A DNA stretch of 38,890 nt from IMG/VR virus record IMGVR_UViG_3300007643_000272, positions 1-38,890 of that record. One strand, given 5' to 3'. The notes below the pieces were generated by a model that saw nothing but the letters and a program-made list of their open reading frames with translations, searched no databases and was not told the DNA's origin. Both the position numbers and the translations under genes were made by a program. This stretch comes from a virus. Taxonomy: Duplodnaviria; Caudoviricetes. Positions 18,922-26,557 of the stretch are shown in pieces. Each line of letters begins with the position of its first letter. The first letter of the stretch is position 1.

Positions 18922-20501
18922 TATGATGCACTCCGCCGTGGTGGCTCATCTGGCTCGTCAGGAGCCTCTGGTGGTAGCGCCTGCAACTCGGCCAGCACGT
19001 ATGGATGGAGACGCCCGCGCGCTTCCCAGTCTTCGATTTCGTCAGCCAACTCGTCGAGGTGATCGCGGCCATCTTTGCCGTCTTCGGAGACAACGGTCCC
19101 GACCGTTTTGAGGCCGGATGTCGTCTCTACTTGCCGAGCCTTTGCCGTCTTCAGATCGTCAGCTGTCGGCTTGGATGGGCCGAACCATTTCGCACGACAG
19201 ACGTATGCGCGCATCTTGTGGAAGCGACGCAGGCCACCGGGAAACGGTGTCGTGCCGCGATCAATCTCGTCCTCAAGCCATGCCTCAAACGCGGCCTGAT
19301 AAAACCGACCTGTGATGTTCTGCCGGCGGTGCAAGACGAGCGGCCAGTTGCTCGAGACGCCCATACGAACACTCGAGTAAGTGGCCGAGGTATAGTCGCC
19401 GGTCACATCCTCATACATAAGGCCCATGCACGTCGCGATTTCCTGCAAGAGCAGTTTCATCATTGCCACGTAATTATCGTTCGGCGCTCCTGGCGTGTGG
19501 AAGCTCAGTTCGTCGCCCGCGTACAGATATGCGACCTGACCGTGATCGCCGAGGTCCACTTTCGCTTGGTCGTACCATTTCAGCCGCTCGAGTTGCTGCT
19601 GCGCAAACGTCTTAGCGCCCGCGGTCTGGATCCCTTGCGACGCAGCGTCTTCGCCGGCGTCCGATTTCAAGGTTGCGGCAAACACCGTCTGCAGAAGCTG
19701 CGCGGCCAATGTCGCGTCTTGCGATTGGTCAAACTGGCGAATGACCTTCAGCACAGGTGCAAGCACTGTGATGCCGCGGTACTGACCGACTTCGCCGTCA
19801 AACAGATGAAGCACCTGAGTTGTGCCGGTTGCGGTGCGAGCCGGATATCTGCGCTCTTGTACCTCACCGTTCACCAATTCGACTTCAGTATGATAAGCGA
19901 TCGGCATGCGGTCGCTGCCGATTTCGACACCCTGAATAATGTTAGGGTATTCGCTTTTGTGGCTGAGCGTCATGGACTCTCGCAGATCCATACGCACGTT
20001 AGAGACGGCACCATTCCGCGCTTTGCGCGGGATGAACGAAACCACCTCTCCGGTGCCGAGAAACGACCGGGTGGCCATTTTCGCAAGCTGGTGCATGGTC
20101 ACCCGTCCGGTGATATCACACTCCATCGGTGTCGAAGCCCACGTGGCCCAGCGACGCTCGACGTCCTTGGTCCACTCGCGAGCGTATTCTTTGGTCCAGC
20201 CCAGCGCTTTCCAATCCGGCTCAGTGTTCAGGTTCAGGCCCGTGCCGCAGATATGTGCAAGCGCCTTCTCGACCGCTCCGGAAATGTAACCGGAGTTGTG
20301 GATCGTATCGATCGCGCGCGCTGTTGCCTTGGTCCAGGCCTGCTGAACGTCAACCTCAGACGAGCGCAGGAATGGGGTCCATTGGCGAAGGATCCCGCTA
20401 ACGGTATCTCGCAGGTAACGTGACTGCGGTTCCTGACGAGCCACGCCATCGCTGGGCGCGCCCGCCGCCCGCTTGGAGATAAAGTCTGGCAGTAGTTTCA
20501 T
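18921..20501 (-). CDS. portal protein, lambda family
   Basis: IIQGVE, VLHLFD..GQYRG, YEDVTGDY..ATYSSVR and ADDLK motifs. Confidence 0.95.
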   Translation of the reverse strand: MKLLPDFISKRAAGAPSDGVARQEPQSRYLRDTVSGILRQWTPFLRSSEVDVQQAWTKATARAIDTIHNSGYISGAVEKALAHICGTGLNLNTEPDWKALGWTKEYAREWTKDVERRWATWASTPMECDITGRVTMHQLAKMATRSFLGTGEVVSFIPRKARNGAVSNVRMDLRESMTLSHKSEYPNIIQGVEIGSDRMPIAYHTEVELVNGEVQERRYPARTATGTTQVLHLFDGEVGQYRGITVLAPVLKVIRQFDQSQDATLAAQLLQTVFAATLKSDAGEDAASQGIQTAGAKTFAQQQLERLKWYDQAKVDLGDHGQVAYLYAGDELSFHTPGAPNDNYVAMMKLLLQEIATCMGLMYEDVTGDYTSATYSSVRMGVSSNWPLVLHRRQNITGRFYQAAFEAWLEDEIDRGTTPFPGGLRRFHKMRAYVCRAKWFGPSKPTADDLKTAKARQVETTSGLKTVGTVVSEDGKDGRDHLDELADEIEDWEARGRLHPYVLAELQALPPEAPDEPDEPPRRSAS

Positions 20502-22525
20502 CGACTGTGGAGCTTTCCGAGCATCGCTTGCAGAGCCCGGTCGTCATCGTCTGACGTTGGGGCGTCGCCATATTCAGCGGGGTGAAGTATCTCGCCCTCG
20601 GTCAACAAATTGACCTTGAGCATGTCGGCTGCGGCCGTCGCCAGCATTTCGCAGTCGAGGTAGTGGTTGCCACGCCTCAGCGCGATCCATTTTGGCTTGC
20701 CGCTAGGCTGAAACACACGCGCCTCTGATGTCAGCGCGCGAAAATATTCTTCATCTGGGTCGAGGCCATATCTAAAACGCGGCATCGACTCCTCGTCGGC
20801 GCGCAGCCAGCCCATGATCTTCGTCTTGTAGTGATCCGTATCGACGTTCCAAATCTGAGCGCCTTTAGGGATCAATTTACCATCGACCGTGATGTCGATA
20901 ATCGACCTGTAGAACGGCTTGTCGAGCTTGTCCCGGCCACGCGCCGCACGGATGCGAGCATGACGCTTCGCAAACTCGTACACGCGATGCACCGGCACCA
21001 TGTCTTTCTTGCCGGGCCGGAAGCCTGCGTCCACCATGGTCAGTCCGATGTTGAAAGCGCCCACCGGCGAGATCAACATATCGTAGAGCTGCTCCCAGAC
21101 CTCAAAGCCAGCGGTCTGGCCCTCGATCGTACCGTTTTTTAGCAGCCAAGACTGCTCGAGCATGCCCCATCCACGAACGACGTAGTGAATCCTGTGCGCG
21201 CCGATATCGACGCCGCATGTCACGGCCTGCACCCCAGCAGGAATTTCCGGCCATTGATATGGGAGCGCGCGTCCCTGCAGCACTTGCCAGTCCAGAGCCT
21301 CGCCGCCATCGACAGAGTATAGCTCGCCGAAGCCGGTGTTCATCGCCGCGATCAGCGCCTTCTCGTCGCCGACCAGTTTCGCTTCATAATACCGTTTGGC
21401 GCGGTTGCCGAACGACCTGAATGGAGAGCAAAGCCCAGACACCCAGAAGGAACCTGTGCTGCTGTCTATTTCGTCGCCGGTGACCTCGCCGTCAGGGCTA
21501 ACACTCTGCCCTGGCGAGACGTAAACGCCGGCAGCGTTCATCGCCTCTTTGTCTTTCTCCTCGATAACGCCGCCGCAATCTGGGCAGACCATGCAAGCGC
21601 TGCGTTCAACCGCTGCGCCCGTTGAATTCTCGACCGTGGTCAGCGTCGTGAGCTCACCCGTCCGGCCACACGTGGCGTACAGATGCTCGAGACGCGGCAC
21701 GAAATACTCGGTGCAATGCGGACAAGGCCACGCCCATTCATGCCGTGTGCCGCCCTGCCATAGCCGCCAAATAGGGCTGCCAATCTCGTCGGCGTCGCCG
21801 GGCTCCCAATGCATGAGGCCCGTCTCCTCGTTCAGCTTTGCCTCAGCGCTGCCCTCTGTTGGCGTCGAAGTGACGCCCAGCTTGAAGTCCGCGTATGTAT
21901 CACCGCGCGCCTCAACCAGCGTGACAGGGTCGCCCTCGCCTTTGATGTTTGAGGACATGCCATCCCGCTCATCGACGATAACGAGGCCGGCAGCACTGGA
22001 TTTCAGCGGCGCAGTGGATCCTGCATAGGCCAGTCGAAGCTGAACACCTGAGACCTGCTTTACCAGTTTCTTATCGTTCTGGCCCTCCATCCAGCGCGGT
22101 CTCAGCGCCGATGAATTCTCCAGCATCTCTTTGACGCGTGGCTCAAACTGGTCACGCACAAAGGCCTCGGAAGGGCCGACATAGATGATCGGGCACGCGC
22201 GCTCGTGAAGGCGCTTACCCATGACCGTCAGGGTTGCCTCCGTCTTCGACATTTGAGATCCGCAGACGAAGATGATTTTGTCGAACGGGCTTTCCTCTTC
22301 GAAGGATTCGAGGATCCGTTTGACGTATGGTGTTATATCGTGATCGAGCGGGCCCGGCGTGTCTGCACTGTCAGGCAGCTTGCGCTCTTGGACAGCCCAT
22401 TCAATCGGGTCACGAACCGGAAGCGGTTCATATAACTCACTTAGATCCCTCAGCAGAACCAAAGACTTTGATGTCAGCTGCGATCTCGCCGAGGACCGTG
22501 TTGATTTCGCGACGGGCTTTGGCAC
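20498..22525 (-). CDS. terL: terminase large subunit (lambda GpA family)
   Basis: SQMSKTE (Walker A), VIVDERD (Walker B), TSTPT, CPHC/CPDC, TCGVD and NHYLDC motifs; exact start uncertain. Confidence 0.95.
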   Translation of the reverse strand: MPKPVAKSTRSSARSQLTSKSLVLLRDLSELYEPLPVRDPIEWAVQERKLPDSADTPGPLDHDITPYVKRILESFEEESPFDKIIFVCGSQMSKTEATLTVMGKRLHERACPIIYVGPSEAFVRDQFEPRVKEMLENSSALRPRWMEGQNDKKLVKQVSGVQLRLAYAGSTAPLKSSAAGLVIVDERDGMSSNIKGEGDPVTLVEARGDTYADFKLGVTSTPTEGSAEAKLNEETGLMHWEPGDADEIGSPIWRLWQGGTRHEWAWPCPHCTEYFVPRLEHLYATCGRTGELTTLTTVENSTGAAVERSACMVCPDCGGVIEEKDKEAMNAAGVYVSPGQSVSPDGEVTGDEIDSSTGSFWVSGLCSPFRSFGNRAKRYYEAKLVGDEKALIAAMNTGFGELYSVDGGEALDWQVLQGRALPYQWPEIPAGVQAVTCGVDIGAHRIHYVVRGWGMLEQSWLLKNGTIEGQTAGFEVWEQLYDMLISPVGAFNIGLTMVDAGFRPGKKDMVPVHRVYEFAKRHARIRAARGRDKLDKPFYRSIIDITVDGKLIPKGAQIWNVDTDHYKTKIMGWLRADEESMPRFRYGLDPDEEYFRALTSEARVFQPSGKPKWIALRRGNHYLDCEMLATAAADMLKVNLLTEGEILHPAEYGDAPTSDDDDRALQAMLGKLHSR

Positions 22526-22898
22526 GCTGAGATTTATCCCTTGTCAGACGCGCTGGCAGCGATGTGAGACGGCTGCGCACGGTGCCCGCATGTGACTGAA
22601 GCATTGCCCGCGCCTCTGTCACTTCAATAAGTTTGCCTTCGCGGAGATCATTCTCCGTTTTCAGGCGGCGATATCGCTCGGTGCTGACGTTTTTGTCAGC
22701 GTTTTTACGAGAAAGTTCATCGATGCGAGACTGCTGGTAGGAAATATAGCCCTGCACCACATTGACCAGGCTGTACTGACCGTGGCCAGCCTTCTCTATC
22801 CACCCGTCCTTGGTGAGTTTTTGAACAGTTCGCGGCGTAACTTTAAGTAGCTGGGCCGCAGTTGCGACACCAATTAGGCCGTCATCCGGCTTTGCCAT
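22437..22898 (-). CDS. terS: terminase small subunit (Nu1-like)
   Basis: N-terminal winged HTH (AAQLLKVTPRTVQKL), coiled coil and LPARL; overlaps terL. Confidence 0.88.
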   Translation of the reverse strand: MAKPDDGLIGVATAAQLLKVTPRTVQKLTKDGWIEKAGHGQYSLVNVVQGYISYQQSRIDELSRKNADKNVSTERYRRLKTENDLREGKLIEVTEARAMLQSHAGTVRSRLTSLPARLTRDKSQRAKARREINTVLGEIAADIKVFGSAEGSK

Positions 22899-24123
22899 CA
22901 ATTACCCTTTCGGCCTTTTTACCCGTCTTCTGCTCCCAGCGAGCGATGATGATATCGACATACGCTGGGTTTAATTCGATGCCGTAACAGATACGGCCTT
23001 CCTGTTCGGCCGCAATGACCGACGTGCCGCTGCCCAGAAACGGATCATAAACCTTGTCGCCGCGCTTTGAATTGTTCCGCATCGGACGCGCCATGCACTC
23101 GATCGGCTTCTGCGTACTGTGCCCTGTCTCGGACGCGCGAGGCTTAGGGATATCCCAGACCGAATGCTCTTTGCGGCTGCCTGTCCAGTGCGCCTTGCGA
23201 CCTTTGCGAACGACGTACCAACAAGGCTCGTGCCGCCAATGATAGTGGCCGCGGCCGATAGCAATCTGGCCTTTGTCCCAGATCAGCTGCGCGCGATATT
23301 GAAAATTACTGGCCTGCAAAGACTGCAGAACCTCCGCGATGAACATTGATGCGTGCCAGACATAGGCGACGTCACCCTCAAACAAGTCCCACGCTTCCTG
23401 CCAATCTGCGCGGTCATCGTTCTTAACTTTACCTAGGGCCCTTGCACCATCCTTAGAACCATCGGCGCGCTTGGCACCATTTCGCCAGTTTGCGTCGTAT
23501 TCGACACCGTATGGCGGGTCAGTGACCATCAAATGAGGTCGCGCACCATCCATAAGTGCCGCGACGATCGCAGCGTCCGTGCTATCACCGCAAGCCACGC
23601 GATGCTGACCAAGTTGCCAGACGTCGCCGAGCGCCGCGATAGGGTCGTCTGGAACCTTGATCTGTACCTCTGGCGGCTCTTCACCACCACGATTCAGGAA
23701 ACGAGCAAGGTCGTGATCACTGAATCCGAGGCTTTCCAGGGCCACAGGCGTGGCGTCCAGTGCCTCAAGCTCTGATCGCAGCAACGCCTCATCCCAGCCC
23801 GCCGCAGCAGCCAATTGATTATCGGCGAGCATATATGCGCGCTTTTGATCCTCAGACCAGCCATCGCAGATAGCGACCGGAATCGTTTTGAGGCCCAGTT
23901 TTTGGGCTGCAAGCACGCGACCATGGCCGGCGAGTATAACGTCGTTCTCGTCAATCAAGACGCGGTTGGTAAACCCGTATTGTTCAATAGCTGCAGCGAT
24001 CAAGGCGACCTGCTCATCGCTGTGTGTACGGGCGTTTTTGGGATTTGCCGTCAATTTCGTGAGCGGGCGGTCTTCGGTCTTGTGGGCGGGCCAAATTGGT
24101 TTGGCTTTCGGCTTTCGGGCCAT
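22882..24123 (-). CDS. ParB-N domain fused to N6/N4 DNA methyltransferase (beta class)
   Basis: NARTHS, YGFT, LAGHGR and ADN (ParB); TDPPYG, HSTQKP and DPFLGSGT (MTase). Confidence 0.93.
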   Translation of the reverse strand: MARKPKAKPIWPAHKTEDRPLTKLTANPKNARTHSDEQVALIAAAIEQYGFTNRVLIDENDVILAGHGRVLAAQKLGLKTIPVAICDGWSEDQKRAYMLADNQLAAAAGWDEALLRSELEALDATPVALESLGFSDHDLARFLNRGGEEPPEVQIKVPDDPIAALGDVWQLGQHRVACGDSTDAAIVAALMDGARPHLMVTDPPYGVEYDANWRNGAKRADGSKDGARALGKVKNDDRADWQEAWDLFEGDVAYVWHASMFIAEVLQSLQASNFQYRAQLIWDKGQIAIGRGHYHWRHEPCWYVVRKGRKAHWTGSRKEHSVWDIPKPRASETGHSTQKPIECMARPMRNNSKRGDKVYDPFLGSGTSVIAAEQEGRICYGIELNPAYVDIIIARWEQKTGKKAERVIDGKAG

Positions 24124-24201
24124 CGTATTTCCTTTCGACGCCTGCTGCCCGAAGCGAAGCGAAATGAAAAATTCAAAAAAAAATTCTTGCGCAATAATCG
24201 G

Positions 24202-24243
24202 GGCAGCGCGCCCGCATTGTGTCTGTGAAGCGAATACGGTCCC
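24202..24243 (-). promoter_or_regulatory. putative cos packaging site (cosQ + cosN)
   Basis: Minus strand GGGACCG-23 nt-GGGCGCGCTGCC followed by T-tracts; parallels lambda GGGTCCT-23 nt-GGGCGGCGACCT; upstream of GpA-type terminase genes. Confidence 0.65.
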
Positions 24244-24270
24244 TAAATGTTTGAGAACATTATGTTTTTC

Positions 24271-24855
24271 TCAGTACACTTTTACGTGCCGTGATCCCAC
24301 TCTGCGCGCCACTCTGATTAGCTCCTGCTTGGTTTCGTGCTCGATGCGTCGAGGCAGATGTGCGCGCGCCACTTCGTTCACCACCTGTTGTGCATCGGCC
24401 ATAGCTGCCTCCATTGGGATGGCTGGCCCATAGAGCTTCTTGATTGGGAAGCGTGCCGAGCCCTCCCGTTTATAGACGTGGCCGCCCATCTTGCGGTTCA
24501 GGAACGTGCCCTTAAATCTCTGGCGTTTGCCCCACGGGGAAGCAGAAACGCCCCTTCGAGTTTGCCGGGGACGAAATTCTTTCAGGGACAAATATCCGCC
24601 TGTGAATTGCATCTCATAGGTTTGCCGACCGGAGCCACCTGCGTCGGCTCGCTTGGTCCGCATGAACCGGCGTACCGTGGTAGACCGTGCCCCGGATGAT
24701 TTGGCGATGTACCGGACGTGCTGGGTGCGGGCCATAGAGCCAACACGGTTTAGTGCCCGTGCTGTGATCTTGCGTTTGCGGTAGCCACCCATCGACATAT
24801 AGAGCCTCGACAGGTCTTTGATGCCCGCCGTTTCAATATCAATATAGACAGCCAT
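24271..24855 (-). CDS. lambda gpZ-like minor tail/neck protein
   Basis: Very basic; ARALNR, LSLKEF, GGHVYKREG.ARFPIKKLYGPAIP motifs. Confidence 0.8.
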   Translation of the reverse strand: MAVYIDIETAGIKDLSRLYMSMGGYRKRKITARALNRVGSMARTQHVRYIAKSSGARSTTVRRFMRTKRADAGGSGRQTYEMQFTGGYLSLKEFRPRQTRRGVSASPWGKRQRFKGTFLNRKMGGHVYKREGSARFPIKKLYGPAIPMEAAMADAQQVVNEVARAHLPRRIEHETKQELIRVARRVGSRHVKVY

Positions 24856-24864
24856 GCTATCGCC

Positions 24865-25140
24865 TTAACAAACCAAATCGACCTCAAACACTTGAATGCT
24901 GTCATCACTCATTCGAGCGACGATGCGATACTCCTCGTCGGGCGCGCTTTCCGCGCCAGGGTTGATGCCTTGGCTCAGCGGGATCAAAGATGTCTCGGTA
25001 AATCCAGCAATTTTGATCTCAAGGTAAACCTGCCCGCCAAGGCCACCTGCAACACGCGCTCTTACCGGCACACCAGCGCCTACGCTCCACGGAGTTGCGG
25101 GCGAGGCTGCGGTCAAATGAGTGCGCGTGATCGTTCCCAT
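24865..25140 (-). CDS. hypothetical small beta protein
   Basis: Tightly packed in the operon; no family recognised. Confidence 0.6.
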   Translation of the reverse strand: MGTITRTHLTAASPATPWSVGAGVPVRARVAGGLGGQVYLEIKIAGFTETSLIPLSQGINPGAESAPDEEYRIVARMSDDSIQVFEVDLVC

Positions 25141-25142
25141 GT

Positions 25143-25916
25143 CTAAATCTCTTTCAGGTCATATTGTCCCGCGCAGACGACGTCGTTGCTGTCTGCCGGA
25201 AGTGGTCGCCCAGCCGTTGCGGCAAAGGCGCGGCGGTTTGGCACTTTGCGTCCGTCCGCCTGTAATTTGAAAATCTCGAAGTCAAGCTCGCTCTGGCCTT
25301 CGGGCAAATCCCAGCCTGGCCGCGTGCCGTCGTCGAGACAGAAGGTCTTCTCAAGCATCGAGACGTGGTCACGCTCGGCGCAAGGTGGGCACTTGTTTTC
25401 ACGAGCGTCGTCCCACGTGTCGCCGAGCCAGCGCCAGACACGCTGTGTCGCCGACCAGGCTTTGAGGACGTAGTGATCGATCCGACGCGAGCGGCCTTTC
25501 TGTTTTGCGATGTAGCCGTCGGTCTCTGACGAAACCATGCAGGCCCGCAAGTTGTACATCGGGAAGCCGATCGCCCAACAGAGCAGAGCGGTCAGCAGCC
25601 CTCGTCCGTCGCAGTCGTCGTAGACCTTGCGGAGTGGATCAAGCAGCGCTTCATATTTGGTGCGCCAGTGCTCCGGGTCGTCAGCCTCAATAAATAAATA
25701 TGGGTCGCTACCCTGATCTTCGTCTGACGTGTAGACGCTGTCCGCGCGAACGATCTCAGAGCAGGCCACGGCCTGAGCCATGCCGTCCTCGTCAGCCCGA
25801 ACAGGCGTCAGCCCTTGCTCGTCGATCAGCCAAGTGCGGATGCGCAGCAGCAAGTTTTGCTGCTCGGTTTTCAGCGCGTCCCATCCAGTGATGCGAGCGT
25901 AAGGTTGTGTCGACAT
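25143..25916 (-). CDS. transglutaminase-like cysteine peptidase (BTLCP/LapG-like)
   Basis: YTSD..EHWRT, DDCDG (cf. GDCED), IGFPMYNLRACMV, DHYVL (cf. HAVL) and WLGD give a Cys-His-Asp triad in family order. Confidence 0.7.
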   Translation of the reverse strand: MSTQPYARITGWDALKTEQQNLLLRIRTWLIDEQGLTPVRADEDGMAQAVACSEIVRADSVYTSDEDQGSDPYLFIEADDPEHWRTKYEALLDPLRKVYDDCDGRGLLTALLCWAIGFPMYNLRACMVSSETDGYIAKQKGRSRRIDHYVLKAWSATQRVWRWLGDTWDDARENKCPPCAERDHVSMLEKTFCLDDGTRPGWDLPEGQSELDFEIFKLQADGRKVPNRRAFAATAGRPLPADSNDVVCAGQYDLKEI

Positions 25917-25937
25917 TTGTCCGTCCTGATAATTGGT

Positions 25938-26192
25938 CGTGTGGCGGAGCAGTAGGTTTACACGTGAAGGGCCGAGTTGCGTGTCGGCCCGGCAACGCGG
26001 CTAGCTTGCAGCCACCGCGCACATTGTCAGCACGTCAGGGTTCGCCGCAGTTACGCGCTTGCGATCTGCTCAACAGCCTGTGCTTCGTTGGTCGCCACAC
26101 GGGAGAGCAGAGCGGAGGGCTTATTCTCCATCACTGCAGAAGGACGACAAGGACTCCGCCCTGACCTGCGCTAGCTCTGCTCGCCGGTGTGG
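25938..26192 (-). ncRNA. candidate structured RNA in a 283-nt intergenic gap
   Basis: Nested inverted repeats: cgtgtggcg/cgccacacg, gagcag/ctgctc, gggccga/tcggccc, gagcagagc/gctctgctc, ccacac/gtgtgg. Strand assumed from the operon. Confidence 0.4.
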
Positions 26193-26199
26193 TGTTCGA

Positions 26200-26547
26200 T
26201 TATTTACAAAAGGGCAGCTCTGGCTGCGCCTTACACATTTTAATTTCGGCCTCGACGCTGAAGCCAGCTGGTTTGCCGCGCTCCTGTGCCTCGGTCGTGT
26301 TCTGAGCCGTGCCGGGGCCGTAAGGGTCTCCGGCGTCCTCCGCCATCGGCTGACCGCGCTTGATCGGCTGCTCTGCTTCGGGCTGCGCCTCTGGCGTCTC
26401 GATCGGCTTGATGCCGGACGGGTCGACGCACTCGCAGTGCTCGACCACCTGCTCCTGCTTCAGACCGAAGCCAGGGCCGAAAACTTTGTTGAAGGTTTGG
26501 CAGCCGGTCAGCGTGAGCATGGCGGCGAGGAGGAGGATACGGTACAT
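26200..26547 (-). CDS. lipoprotein
   Basis: MYRILLLAAMLTLTG-C lipobox; AGGAG RBS; four further Cys (CEC and CKAQPELPFC). Confidence 0.75.
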   Translation of the reverse strand: MYRILLLAAMLTLTGCQTFNKVFGPGFGLKQEQVVEHCECVDPSGIKPIETPEAQPEAEQPIKRGQPMAEDAGDPYGPGTAQNTTEAQERGKPAGFSVEAEIKMCKAQPELPFCK

Positions 26548-26557
26548 AGCTTAGCTC

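Noticed and set aside
19005-20423. 472-aa plus-strand ORF
   Set aside because: Antisense shadow of the portal gene with no recognisable motifs. Long shadow ORFs are expected from GC-rich codon bias; the same applies to the other plus-strand ORFs.
22882-24123. ParB-methyltransferase as a restriction-modification or partition system
   Set aside because: No nuclease or ParA nearby; this fusion next to terS is a familiar phage arrangement.
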